The notes below the pieces were generated by a model. The model saw nothing but the letters and a program-made list of their open reading frames with translations, was not told the origin of the DNA and did no database searches. A stretch of DNA of 64,000 bases, from IMG/VR virus record IMGVR_UViG_3300044680_000280, positions 248,001-312,000 of that record; one strand, written 5' to 3'. Positions 9,967 through 19,998 of this stretch are shown here, piece after piece. Numbering within the stretch: the stretch's first letter is position 1; each line of letters begins with the position of its first letter. A program made the position numbers and the translations under genes.

Positions 9967-10143
9967 TCAGTCCTCCGGTGTGTCGACGCTCTGCATTTTG
10001 CGGATCTCCGCCTTGGCGATTTTCCACGCGCGCTGAACGACCCAGGAAAGGGATCTGTCCAAACGCCTCGCTTCCGCGCCGATCTCTTCGAGTTGTTTGT
10101 CCGGGAAGTACAAGGATTGCTTACGTTTATCGTCTTTGTTCAT
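9967..10143 (-). CDS. TIGR04563 (MXAN_4361/4362-like) small RHH-type protein
   Basis: DKRKQSLYFP...EARRLDRSLSWVVQRAWKIA matches the family pattern as recalled. Confidence 0.85.
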   Translation of the reverse strand: MNKDDKRKQSLYFPDKQLEEIGAEARRLDRSLSWVVQRAWKIAKAEIRKMQSVDTPED

Positions 10144-10225
10144 GACCCTCTCCCGCGACTTGACTTTGTTCAGAGTCCCCGGTAATGTTGGGCACAACGA
10201 GTATGGCTTATAGGTAGAGTAGCAG

Positions 10226-10984
10226 ATGTACGCACAACGTCACATAATCATAGGAGATATTCACGGCTGTCTGGACCTTTTGAAGCGCCTGTTAGACCGT
10301 GTGCGCTTCGATCCTTCGGGCGACTCTCTTGTTTTCCTGGGGGACTTCGTTGACCGAGGTCCCGACCCCGTGGGGGTTGTTCGCCTTGTCCGTAAGCTCT
10401 GTCAGGAGTCAAAGGCACGGGCTGTAAATGGAAATCACGAGGAAAAGATGCTTCATTGGCTCACCAATGTTGAGCTAGAGAAGACGAAGGGTCGAAAGAA
10501 CAGCATGCAGCGGCCAAAACCCGAGCGCCTCGCTCAATGGGAGGGGATGAGCCCTGAGGACATCAAGTGGCTCGGCTCCCTTCCCTATCAGCTCAAGGTG
10601 TGTCCTGGCTGGCTAGCCGTGCATGCGGGGTTCGAGAATCGGCCCATGTCCGAGCAGTTATCCGAACGTATGTGCCGTGTGAAGTACGTTAATGCCTCCA
10701 CTGGGAGTTTGGTGAAGCCCGACCGTAAGAATAGAAATGTACCGCCTACGGGTGCGGTCGAGTGGATGTCCACCTGGAGAGGCCCTGAGAGCATCGTCTA
10801 TGGGCACATCGTTCATGGTTTGGGGGCGCCTCGAGTCGATCATCCAGCTCCGGGGGTTGAGACTTGGGGGATCGACACGGGGGCGTGTTACGGCGGGAAC
10901 TTGTCCGCCCTCGTTCTCGAAACCCGTGAAGTGTTCACTGTTTCGGACGGAAAGTCGTACGCTCGACTCTACAACGACGACTGA
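10226..10984 (+). CDS. calcineurin-like metallophosphoesterase (PPP/ApaH/PrpA-like)
   Basis: GDIHG, GDFVDRG, GNHE, VHAG, YGH, IDTGA motifs. Confidence 0.92.
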   Translation: MYAQRHIIIGDIHGCLDLLKRLLDRVRFDPSGDSLVFLGDFVDRGPDPVGVVRLVRKLCQESKARAVNGNHEEKMLHWLTNVELEKTKGRKNSMQRPKPERLAQWEGMSPEDIKWLGSLPYQLKVCPGWLAVHAGFENRPMSEQLSERMCRVKYVNASTGSLVKPDRKNRNVPPTGAVEWMSTWRGPESIVYGHIVHGLGAPRVDHPAPGVETWGIDTGACYGGNLSALVLETREVFTVSDGKSYARLYNDD

Positions 10985-11238
10985 GGAGATCGCCATGAGG
11001 CCAGGAGAACCATGGCCTCATGAGTGGTCTTCTCCCTTACTAGAGCCATATCATACATAGCCTCTAAGGCGACGATTGCGGTTCCGCTGGCCAGGGCACC
11101 GTAGATACATTTGTCCAAAACATCGAGAATAGTTATCGCTTTTGGTGGAGATTCCCATTTTTCGATCAGAGGCTTTACGCTGGCATCCAATTGGGAGTCC
11201 GGAGCTCGCAGTAGCAGGGTCTTTAGTTGGTCAGACAT
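10969..11238 (-). CDS. hypothetical protein
   Basis: GGTGTA exactly 10 nt before ATG. Confidence 0.65.
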   Translation of the reverse strand: MSDQLKTLLLRAPDSQLDASVKPLIEKWESPPKAITILDVLDKCIYGALASGTAIVALEAMYDMALVREKTTHEAMVLLASWRSPQSSL

Positions 11239-11287
11239 ATGCCATTTTTACACCAACATGATTCACATGCCGGTGTATGTGCCGCGC

Positions 11288-13621
11288 ATGAACAGCTACC
11301 AGGTGAACCCAAACCTTTACCTCGTCGTGAATGAGGTAAGTAAGGCCCCAGCAACCAAGATCGTTGATGTCCCCGTCGACCATATTCTCGTGTACGACTG
11401 CTCGGGGAGTATGAGCTATGACTTACCGAAAATACGGGAGCAGGTGAAGAAGAAGCTTCCGAAGATGCTCGGGCCGAATGATCGCCTCAGCATAGTGTGG
11501 TTCTCGGGCCGCGTAGAGCACGGAATTCTCCTTGAAGCTGAACCGGTAGCGACGCTATCGGATCTCAAGACCATCGAGCAAACAATCGATCGGTGGCTTC
11601 GTCCTGTCGGGATGACGGGCTTCAAGGGGCCTCTCGAAGACGTGGTCGCGCTCGCGCAACGTTTGGAGAAGACGGGTGGTAATAGAGCACGGTCGATGAT
11701 GTTCTTTACCGACGGCTGTGACAACCAGTCCAGCCAGAACGAAGTTCTCAAAGCAGTTGAGAACGCGGGCATGCATGTACAATCGGCAACCTTCGTCGAA
11801 TATGGTTACTACGCCAACCGACCCCTGCTAGCCCAAATGGCTGAGAAGAGCGGCGGATCCCTTATCTTTGCCGAGACCTTCGACAAATACGAACCTCAGT
11901 TCGAGGCGTCCATCAAACGCAAGAGCACGAATGCCAAACGAATCGAGGTCACCCTCAAAGGTGACCCGGTCGGTGGGTTTGCCTACGCTCTCCAAGGTGG
12001 AGATCTCGTAACATTCGGTGTCGAGGGCGGAAAGATTTCCGTTCCAGAGGACCTCGGCCAATTCTACTACCTGTCTCCGTCATGCGTCGGAACTCTTGCT
12101 TCGGGTACAAGCATGAAGGGGCTCGACGCCACCCTTTCCGCTGTATACGCAGCGATCAGCCTCTTTTCCGTTCGCATGAAGCCTGACGTTGTGCTCCCCC
12201 TTCTCAAGGTGACGGGCGACGCGAGGTTCATCAAGGATTTCTCGACTTGCTTCGGCAAGCAGAAGTACAGCGCCTTCATGGACGCCACCAAGGCGGCGGC
12301 TTTCGATCGGGATCTGCGGTTGAAGGACGGGTACAACCCGAACCTCGTTCCGCCCGATGACGCGGTCACCGTTCTCGATGTACTCGAGACCCTTTATGAG
12401 GATGAGAGCGCGCGTATCCTCCTCAACGATATGACGTACACGAGCATCGGCCGGGGACGGCTCGACGCCACGGATCAGCTCACGGCGGAAGAGCAAACCC
12501 AAGTCGACACTCTCACCGAGGAGATGGGTAAGACCAAGGACGCGAAGAAGATTCGACTTCTTGCCCAGCAAATCGCCGACATCACTGACAAGCCGGAGGC
12601 CCTCAAGTTCAAACGGGAGGTACCGTCGTCGGGTCTGCCCATCAAGAACCTGACCTTCAACGAGGACCGTCCCAACGTAAGCTTCCTCGTTCAAATCCCG
12701 GGTACCATCGACCTTTCGAGTCGCATCGACAAGGCGACGATCGACTTGACGGGCGTCCCGACCATTTTCAAGTGCTTCCAGTTCCGAAACTATGCCGTCA
12801 TTAAGGATGGGCTCGTCAACATCGAGAAGCTCCCCGTCATCGTGTCCCAGAAGACCTTCGACAAGTTTTTGGCCGAGGGCGTCGTGACGAAGGAGGATGT
12901 TCTACGGCTCGAAACCGACGGGCACTCCGTCGGCTTGTGCATTAATCTCAAGTCCCTTCCCGTCATCAACCGCAAGATGGTGAAGGAGCTCAGCGCCAAG
13001 ACCTTCTTCGAGACCGCGTATGAGGTCACCAAGGCCAAGGCGGCGCAGAAGGTACTCAAGGACTATGCCAAGTCTCTCCTGCCGGAGAAGCAAAGCGTCG
13101 GCTATGCGGACAAATACGGCCAGGAGATCGCCGTGTGGCTCAAGGAGCAAGGGATCACGGACTACAACGGATTCCAGCCTCCCCATACGACGTCGGCGCC
13201 GACGACCGATGTATACACGGGTAAGGAACTGAAGGTCTCCCTCAAGGGACTCTCATCTCTGCCCAAGGTTGCCGAAGTGAAGGCGAAGATCCAAAAGGTG
13301 GGCTCCAAACTCAACGCCCCGTCCGCCCTCATGGCGGAGACGATCAAGGAAGTGGAGGCGTTCCTCTCAAGTGCCGTCTACTTGAAGGCGGCTGACCAGC
13401 CAGGGGTCCTCCAGGCGTGGCTCGACGGACAGACGAAGGCGTCGATCAGGAAGACCCGCGCGCTCATGCTCGACATGGCCAAGTTCACGTTTACGACCGT
13501 CGTCGGTCAAACCTGGTTCAAGGAGTTCTCCTCCGTGGACCAGACAGACATGACGATCACCGTGGACGGTAACGACATTCCGTGCAAGGTGGAAATGAAA
13601 GAGATTGAGATCAGGGTGTAG
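11288..13621 (+). CDS. large vWA-domain protein
   Basis: MIDAS DCSGSM and FFTDG; ATG 11288 is 10 nt after GGTGTA. Confidence 0.88.
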   Translation: MNSYQVNPNLYLVVNEVSKAPATKIVDVPVDHILVYDCSGSMSYDLPKIREQVKKKLPKMLGPNDRLSIVWFSGRVEHGILLEAEPVATLSDLKTIEQTIDRWLRPVGMTGFKGPLEDVVALAQRLEKTGGNRARSMMFFTDGCDNQSSQNEVLKAVENAGMHVQSATFVEYGYYANRPLLAQMAEKSGGSLIFAETFDKYEPQFEASIKRKSTNAKRIEVTLKGDPVGGFAYALQGGDLVTFGVEGGKISVPEDLGQFYYLSPSCVGTLASGTSMKGLDATLSAVYAAISLFSVRMKPDVVLPLLKVTGDARFIKDFSTCFGKQKYSAFMDATKAAAFDRDLRLKDGYNPNLVPPDDAVTVLDVLETLYEDESARILLNDMTYTSIGRGRLDATDQLTAEEQTQVDTLTEEMGKTKDAKKIRLLAQQIADITDKPEALKFKREVPSSGLPIKNLTFNEDRPNVSFLVQIPGTIDLSSRIDKATIDLTGVPTIFKCFQFRNYAVIKDGLVNIEKLPVIVSQKTFDKFLAEGVVTKEDVLRLETDGHSVGLCINLKSLPVINRKMVKELSAKTFFETAYEVTKAKAAQKVLKDYAKSLLPEKQSVGYADKYGQEIAVWLKEQGITDYNGFQPPHTTSAPTTDVYTGKELKVSLKGLSSLPKVAEVKAKIQKVGSKLNAPSALMAETIKEVEAFLSSAVYLKAADQPGVLQAWLDGQTKASIRKTRALMLDMAKFTFTTVVGQTWFKEFSSVDQTDMTITVDGNDIPCKVEMKEIEIRV

Positions 13622-14047
13622 TCACGCCCTACTTCTGTGTTCTTTCCTCTCTACCTTCATTTTCAAACCTTTTTTCGCCCTCTTCTCTGCGTAGTGCCGT
13701 GCCATGCTTTCCGATAGTTTTCTGCGTCTCTCTTCGGTCCAAGGCTTCGGCACGTATTTTCGTGTGGTGGGCTCCTCCTGGGGCTTGGCCAACTCAGGAA
13801 CCTTGGCGAGCCCATTGAGGACACCGTTTTGGTGAGCCCCGTTGACTTGAACTACGGTGGGATCCTGTTGAATTTTAGCCAGTTCCTTGCCCTCTTCGAA
13901 TATGAGCTCGATCGCCGCTTCCCGGTTGATCCTTATGTGGATTTTCCCTAGCTCCAACCAAACGTCCCCATCTTCTCCCACGATAATGTTCACGGGAACC
14001 GACCCTAGTCCAATGCGCTTGGTGTGCCGTACGATTTGCTCTACCAT
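13622..14047 (-). CDS. hypothetical protein with NUMOD3-like basic motif
   Basis: WTEERRRKLSESM near C-terminus; GGAGAGG upstream. Confidence 0.6.
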   Translation of the reverse strand: MVEQIVRHTKRIGLGSVPVNIIVGEDGDVWLELGKIHIRINREAAIELIFEEGKELAKIQQDPTVVQVNGAHQNGVLNGLAKVPELAKPQEEPTTRKYVPKPWTEERRRKLSESMARHYAEKRAKKGLKMKVERKEHRSRA

Positions 14048-14237
14048 GGGTTACCTCTCCTAAGGCGCTCATGCCACGAGCCCGGCTTCGCTGTCAAGAA
14101 CTCCGGCTCCTGGCTTCTGCACTTTCTATGCCCGCTCAACCATTCGGACCTGAACCGATTTCGTTCAAAAACTACCCCGGGTTGGTGTAAGAAGAACGTG
14201 GGGAGCAAGCTTTCCTGTAACCCCGGGAGATTTCAAC

Positions 14238-14897
14238 GTGGCTGAAAACAAAAAGGGTCTGTGGTCCTCCTTGAAGAGCCTTGCCATCGAGGACGTGCCC
14301 GACCCGTCGGCAAAGTCCGCGGTTCCTCTGATTCCAACGACACGTCCAAACCCCGGCGCCGTACCTCCCCCGTGGGTCGCTCCCCCGAGGATTGAAGTTT
14401 CGGTCGATCCGGCAACCTTATCGAAGATCGAGGGCAAACTCCAGGCCTCGACCCCTCCTGTTTATGCGGCGTTTATGGATCAGTTTCAGGCGCTCGAAGC
14501 CGTGATCCCCGACGAGGCAACGCGGTTCAAAGCGGCTCTTGTCGCCAGTCGTTCGTCCATCGAACAGATCTCGGGATCCATCGACCAGCTCCTTGTTGTC
14601 CTGGCGTCTCTGCTTGACGAGTTCAATCGGAAGTTCGAGGACAACCAGAGCAAAGCGGAAACTACAGCCAAGCAGCAGATGGAGGCTGACACGAAGCTCA
14701 TCGCCACTTGCGAGGAGCAACTCAAAGCCATCCAAGCTCAGATTGCTACCCTTCGCACGAAGGTCGACAGCGAACAAGCACAGGTTCAGGCGGAATCCGC
14801 TCGTCGAGAGGGCGTCCGCCAGTCGTTCAAAGCAGCATACGACCAGGTTTTCAATCGCCTCACCGCCCAAAAACAACGCATCTCACAGAGGGTCTAA
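14238..14897 (+). CDS. coiled-coil protein, first gene of ABC/OmpA operon
   Basis: Long helical C-terminal half; tight operon spacing. Confidence 0.75.
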   Translation: MAENKKGLWSSLKSLAIEDVPDPSAKSAVPLIPTTRPNPGAVPPPWVAPPRIEVSVDPATLSKIEGKLQASTPPVYAAFMDQFQALEAVIPDEATRFKAALVASRSSIEQISGSIDQLLVVLASLLDEFNRKFEDNQSKAETTAKQQMEADTKLIATCEEQLKAIQAQIATLRTKVDSEQAQVQAESARREGVRQSFKAAYDQVFNRLTAQKQRISQRV

Positions 14898-14900
14898 ATC

Positions 14901-15941
14901 ATGTCCGGCGAACTAGCTCAAGCCACGAAATCTTGGACGTCTCGTCCCGAAGGCAAAGTCGGCACCGTTTTCGGGTTTCTCCTCCTCGGCGGGGCGGCGA
15001 TTGCCGTTCTGTACTTCTGGGGACTCATTCTGCCTTGGCTGATCATGATGGCGGCGAACACGCTGACCCTGATCGGTCTCTGCGCGGCCATTGCGGGGAT
15101 TCTCTTCATCGTCTTCGACCCACGTTGGCGGAACCTCGCATGGTACGGCTACAAGTCGTTCATGCGAGGGCTCACCGGCATGTTCATCGAGCTCGACCCC
15201 ATCGGCATTCTGAAGAGCTACGTCACCAGCCTCAAAGACAAACTCGAGGAGATGGACAAGTCTCTTGCAAACCTCGACGGTCAACGGGGCAAGCTTCGGA
15301 AGCAGATCGCCGACAACGAGAAAGCCCGCGTCCACGCGCTCAAGATGATGGAAGTTGCCCGCGACCAAAAGCAGAACGCGGCGATGACCCTTCAAGGTCG
15401 CCAAGCGGAAAGACTCGCCCAGTCGAACGTCTCTTTGCAGGACCTTCTGACCCGAATGGATCGCCTTGCGACCGTGCTCGGCAAGATGCGGGAAGCCTCC
15501 GCCATCATGATCGAAGACATCACGAACGAGGTTGAGCTCAAGAGCCGGGAACGTGCCGCCCTCCTCGCCGGGTACAACGCCTTTTCCAAGGCTCGCAGCG
15601 TCATGAAGGGCGGCGGCGATGAAGCCGAGATCTTCAACATGACCATGGAGAAACTGACCGACGATTACGGCATGAAGATGGGTGAGATCGACAACTTCAT
15701 GAAGGTTTCTCAAGGATTCCTCGAGACCGTCGATCTCGAAAATGGCGTTGCCCAGAAGTCCGCAATCGAACAGCTCGAAGCGTGGGAAAATAAGAGTGCC
15801 AACATTCTTGGGCCGACGAACGGCACCGACGTCCACCTTCGAGTCGGCGATGCGGCACCCGCACTTCCGGCCAGCAGCGACGATTTCGCCGACCTCTTCA
15901 CCTCCGATCCCGCGACCCTTTCGGCTTCGGTCAAACGCTAA
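14901..15941 (+). CDS. membrane-anchored PspA/IM30-like coiled-coil protein
   Basis: Two N-terminal TM segments followed by a long coiled coil; PspA likeness is inferred. Confidence 0.6.
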   Translation: MSGELAQATKSWTSRPEGKVGTVFGFLLLGGAAIAVLYFWGLILPWLIMMAANTLTLIGLCAAIAGILFIVFDPRWRNLAWYGYKSFMRGLTGMFIELDPIGILKSYVTSLKDKLEEMDKSLANLDGQRGKLRKQIADNEKARVHALKMMEVARDQKQNAAMTLQGRQAERLAQSNVSLQDLLTRMDRLATVLGKMREASAIMIEDITNEVELKSRERAALLAGYNAFSKARSVMKGGGDEAEIFNMTMEKLTDDYGMKMGEIDNFMKVSQGFLETVDLENGVAQKSAIEQLEAWENKSANILGPTNGTDVHLRVGDAAPALPASSDDFADLFTSDPATLSASVKR

Positions 15942-15980
15942 CCGTGCAACTGAAACCAACCCACACAAGGATCTAAATCA

Positions 15981-17777
15981 ATGGCTACTCGTGTCAAACC
16001 GCTCCCGAAGATTCTCCTGGCACTCGCCCTCTTCGGCGGCCTCTTCTTCGTCTTTCACACCCTCGTCGCCAACGGCATCATCTCTCTGCCGGGAACCGCC
16101 GCCGAGGTTCCCAAGGTCGCCGCCGTTCCTACGGCGATTCCGACCGCAACGTCCGCTCCTCTTGTTCCCGCCGTGCCGATGCCGTCGGGCTCCGCCATCT
16201 CGAGCGGGACGAACATTCGAGCCTCCATGTGGGCATGGAACGCTCAAATGGGATTCATGTTCGCCAACGGCGGCCCCGATACGACGTCGGGCTCTCTCAT
16301 GGCCCAACACGGACTGAACGTCCACGTCAAGCGCGAGGACGACACGTCCAAGATGCAAGGAATGCTCATGGCTCTTGCCAAAGGCCTCAAGACCGACCCG
16401 AACACGTCCGCGGGTGTGCACTTCATCACGCTGATGGGCGATGGTACCGCGGCCTTCTTCGCCGCCGCCAACCCCGAGCTCAAGAAGATCTGCAAGGACT
16501 GCGAAGCCGAAGTCGTCGGTGTTCTCGGCTACTCGCGCGGTGAGGACAAGCTCATGGGTCCCGCCGAATGGAAGTCCAACCCGAAAGCCGCTCGCGGTCA
16601 CCTCATCGCGGGCGTCATCCGTGACGGAGACTGGAACGTTGCCATGAAGTGGGCGGGGGACAACGGACTGCTCAACAATCCCGACGAGACTACGTATGAC
16701 CCAGACGCACTGAACTGGCTCAACGCCGACACCTACATCGAGGCTGGGAACAAGTACATCTTGAACGTCTGTGAGCCTCGTCCCGTCGTCCACGGGGGCA
16801 AACGAACGGGCGAGACCAAGAGTGTCTGCGTCGACGGCGTCGTGACCTGGACTCCCGGAGACGTGAACGTGGCCCAAAAGAAGGGCGGTCTCGTTTCGAT
16901 CATCTCGACCAAGGAGTACAGTGGTCAAATGCCTTGCGCCCTTATTGGCATCAAGAAGTGGGACGTAGCCCACAAGACCGAGATCGAAGGCTTCCTGAAA
17001 GCCTCGTTCGATGGTGCGGATCAAGTTCGCCAATACCCGAGCGCCCTGCACAAGGCCGCGGAAATCAGCGCAGCGGTCTACGCAGACCCGGAAGCCAACG
17101 CCGATTACTGGGAGAAGTACTACAAGGGCACGTTAGAGACCGACCGTCAGGGCGTGAAAGTCTCTCTCGGTGGATCGTCCGTCTCCAATCTCGCTGACAA
17201 CCTCCAGATCTTCGGGCTCGCCCCGGGTTCCGCCAACCTTTACGAAGCCACCTACGTGACGTTCGGGGACATCGTGGTGCAGCAGTACCCGAAGCTCGTG
17301 CCGAACTACCCCAAGGTGACCGACGTCGTAAACGTGTCGTTCGTTCAGGATCTCGCAAATTCCGCTCCCCCTTCCCCCGCCGCAACCGCCGAACACAACA
17401 CCTTCGTTGCCGGCGCCCCGGTCGAAACGGTCTCCAAGAAATCGTGGTCGATCAACTTCGAAACGGGTAAAGCAACATTCACGCCAGACGCGATGAAAAC
17501 CCTCACGCAACTCGAGCGCGAACTCGTCATCACTGACCTCGCCATCGAAGTCGACGGTCATACGGACAACACGGGTGACCCATCATTCAATCAGACCCTC
17601 TCGAAGCAGCGCGCGGCGGCTGTTCAGACCTGGCTCTCACAGCAGTCCAGCGCGAACTTCCCACCCGAGCGATTCACCGTTCAAGGCTACGGAGATTCCA
17701 AGCCTATCGCAACGAACTCGACGCCCGTTGGTCAAGCAAAGAACCGTCGAGTCGACGTCGTCCTCGGTCAGCAGTAA
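15981..17777 (+). CDS. ABC substrate-binding (NMT1/TauA-like) domain fused to OmpA-C domain
   Basis: N-terminal anchor; GYSRGEDK...VTWTPGD core; C-terminal VDGHTDN...LSKQRAAAV...GYGDSKP...NRRVDV. Confidence 0.85.
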   Translation: MATRVKPLPKILLALALFGGLFFVFHTLVANGIISLPGTAAEVPKVAAVPTAIPTATSAPLVPAVPMPSGSAISSGTNIRASMWAWNAQMGFMFANGGPDTTSGSLMAQHGLNVHVKREDDTSKMQGMLMALAKGLKTDPNTSAGVHFITLMGDGTAAFFAAANPELKKICKDCEAEVVGVLGYSRGEDKLMGPAEWKSNPKAARGHLIAGVIRDGDWNVAMKWAGDNGLLNNPDETTYDPDALNWLNADTYIEAGNKYILNVCEPRPVVHGGKRTGETKSVCVDGVVTWTPGDVNVAQKKGGLVSIISTKEYSGQMPCALIGIKKWDVAHKTEIEGFLKASFDGADQVRQYPSALHKAAEISAAVYADPEANADYWEKYYKGTLETDRQGVKVSLGGSSVSNLADNLQIFGLAPGSANLYEATYVTFGDIVVQQYPKLVPNYPKVTDVVNVSFVQDLANSAPPSPAATAEHNTFVAGAPVETVSKKSWSINFETGKATFTPDAMKTLTQLERELVITDLAIEVDGHTDNTGDPSFNQTLSKQRAAAVQTWLSQQSSANFPPERFTVQGYGDSKPIATNSTPVGQAKNRRVDVVLGQQ

Positions 17778-17849
17778 TCAGCAGTTCCAAAGCAGATTCT
17801 GGGGTCTCAGTTTCCATATTGAGGCCCCAGCTCTTTTAATGAGGGTACC

Positions 17850-18638
17850 ATGAACAGACACGACTTGTCCGAAGCTCTCAAACCGAACGGCCATGTGTCA
17901 TCCAGAGCCACCACGATCCTTTTCGTCGGCACCCTCGTGGCCCTCATCGGGGCCTGGTTCGCTCGACCCGACTTCATTCCCGGTCCCGTCGAGGTGGCTC
18001 AAGCGTATCCCCGACTGTTCGATCAGGGTCTCTTCTATCAGCTCTACATCAGCCTCTCGACAAACCTTCAAGCCATCGCCCTCTCCTGCTTCTTTACGAT
18101 TCCGTTGGCGTACTTGAGCGTTCTTCCCGTCATGCGGCCCCTCGTCCACATGCTTTGCAAAGGACGGTTCCTCGGTGTCACCGGGTTCGTCATCCTCTTC
18201 ACCATCTTCTTCGGCGGTGGACACGCGCTGAAGGTCGCTTTGCTCGTCTTTGGAATGAGCTTGTTTCTCGTGACATCTCTTTTTGACATCGTCGAGAGCA
18301 TCCCCCGAGAGGAGTTTGACCACACCCGAACGCTCCGCATGGGGGACTGGGGCTCGGTGATCGAGGTGGTTATCCTAGGAAGGTTCGACCAGGTTCTCGA
18401 CGCCATCCGTCAGAACGCTGCCATGGGTTGGGTCATGTTGACCATGGTGGAGGGACTCGTCCGGTTCGAAGGAGGACTGGGGGCTCTCATGCTGGCTGAG
18501 GACAAGCATATCAAACTGGACGCCGTCTTCGCCGTTCAAATCATCGTTCTGGTCATCGGTATCCTTCAGGACGTCGCCCTCCGTGCCATACGGCACCTTC
18601 TTTGCCCCTATGCCGAACTATCCCTCGAAAGGCATTAG
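17850..18638 (+). CDS. ABC transporter permease (TauC/SsuC-like)
   Basis: Multiple TM helices; EAA-like loop; WVMLTMVEGL...GGLG. Confidence 0.85.
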   Translation: MNRHDLSEALKPNGHVSSRATTILFVGTLVALIGAWFARPDFIPGPVEVAQAYPRLFDQGLFYQLYISLSTNLQAIALSCFFTIPLAYLSVLPVMRPLVHMLCKGRFLGVTGFVILFTIFFGGGHALKVALLVFGMSLFLVTSLFDIVESIPREEFDHTRTLRMGDWGSVIEVVILGRFDQVLDAIRQNAAMGWVMLTMVEGLVRFEGGLGALMLAEDKHIKLDAVFAVQIIVLVIGILQDVALRAIRHLLCPYAELSLERH

Positions 18639-18640
18639 AC

Positions 18641-18862
18641 ATGAATCCCCTCAAACAACGAGAACAAATCCTCGTCGACTTTCTCTGTTTCATGCTGTTT
18701 GGACTCGTACTGTTCTTATTCGGAGGAGTCCCCCTTGTTCGTATGATTGGTGCCACGATCATCGCAAGCACCATCATCATTCACGGGTATGTCCAAATGC
18801 GGCTCTGCCAACAGATTGAGAAAGACGGTTACGATTCAGTAACCGGGGAGAAGAAGTCGTGA
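18641..18862 (+). CDS. small two-TM membrane protein
   Basis: Two hydrophobic segments; sits between permease and ATPase. Confidence 0.6.
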   Translation: MNPLKQREQILVDFLCFMLFGLVLFLFGGVPLVRMIGATIIASTIIIHGYVQMRLCQQIEKDGYDSVTGEKKS

Positions 18863-19680
18863 GTCAGGTCTGTGAACGCAAAGAAGTTCTCGTCAAGCTC
18901 GACAACATCTCCCTATCCTTTGACGGGCGGCCGGTTCTCTCCGACATCAACGCGGAAGTTCGGGACATCGTTCGTCCAGGTTGCGTGACGGGTCAGGTCG
19001 TAGGAATCCTCGGCCCGAGCGGTGTGGGAAAAACTCAGCTCTCGCGAATCATGACTGGACTCATGGAGCCAACGACGGGCGCCGTACGAGTCGGCGTCAG
19101 GCTCGAACCGATCCACGCTGGACTTGTTGGCTACGTTGCCCAGAACTACCCTCTTCTCCGTCACCGGACCGTGCTCGGGAATCTCATGGTTGCCGCTCGT
19201 CGTTCGGGCCTGAGCTCCGACGGGGCAAAGGATAAGGCGATGGGATACCTCGGCATGTTTGGACTCCAAGACAAGTGGGACGCTTATCCCGCTCAGTTAT
19301 CGGGTGGACAGCGCCAACGAATCGCCATTGCCCAGCAGCTTCTATGCTCGGAGCACTTCCTCATTCTGGATGAGCCAACAACGGGACTCGATCCCATCAT
19401 GAAGGACAAGGTCTGCGGTTTCATTCGTCAGGTTGCCAGCCTCTACGAGGAGAACACGATCTTCGTCATCACTCACGACATCTCGGCGATCCTCACGATT
19501 GCTGACACACTTTGGGTCCTCGGGCGCCGTAAGGACGCGGCGGGCAACGCCATCGGGGCGACCATCGTCAAGACTTACGACCTCATCGAACGTGGCATCG
19601 CCTGGGAAACGGACGTCGCCACCACCCCGCAGTACCGCGACGCTCAACGAGAGATTCGATCTCTATTTGAGACCCTCTAG
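18859..19680 (+). CDS. ABC transporter ATP-binding protein (TauB/SsuB-like)
   Basis: Walker A GPSGVGKT, LSGGQ, Walker B LILDEP, H-loop THD. Confidence 0.95.
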   Translation: MSQVCERKEVLVKLDNISLSFDGRPVLSDINAEVRDIVRPGCVTGQVVGILGPSGVGKTQLSRIMTGLMEPTTGAVRVGVRLEPIHAGLVGYVAQNYPLLRHRTVLGNLMVAARRSGLSSDGAKDKAMGYLGMFGLQDKWDAYPAQLSGGQRQRIAIAQQLLCSEHFLILDEPTTGLDPIMKDKVCGFIRQVASLYEENTIFVITHDISAILTIADTLWVLGRRKDAAGNAIGATIVKTYDLIERGIAWETDVATTPQYRDAQREIRSLFETL

Positions 19681-19962
19681 ACCGGGCCACGTAGGAAGTC
19701 CGTTCACCATATCGAATGGTGGGCAGCCGCATCTGTACCAATGAAGGAGACCCTTCTTCCCCAGGAGTAGAACAGGAACTTGCCAGGCTTCAACGCTCCA
19801 GCAGTCCTCGTACTCGGCGTCAGGGAATTGAGCTCGGACGTCTTTCAGTACCTCTTCCTTGGTCGGCGCGACGAACAATTTCCCGTTTCCAACCACCACC
19901 CATCCAACGGTGCTGCTGTTGTACGGGTCCCCATTGCTGATCGAATGACACGTAAACTCCAT
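19663..19962 (-). CDS. hypothetical protein
   Basis: GGTGTA 10 nt before ATG. Confidence 0.6.
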   Translation of the reverse strand: MEFTCHSISNGDPYNSSTVGWVVVGNGKLFVAPTKEEVLKDVRAQFPDAEYEDCWSVEAWQVPVLLLGKKGLLHWYRCGCPPFDMVNGLPTWPGLEGLK

Positions 19963-19998
19963 GACCCTCCCTTACACCACTTGGTGTAATAGCCCCAT

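Noticed and set aside
14913-17051. Long minus-strand ORFs 14913-15968 and 15978-17051
   Set aside because: Antisense shadows of well-supported genes; long antisense frames are common in high-GC coding DNA.
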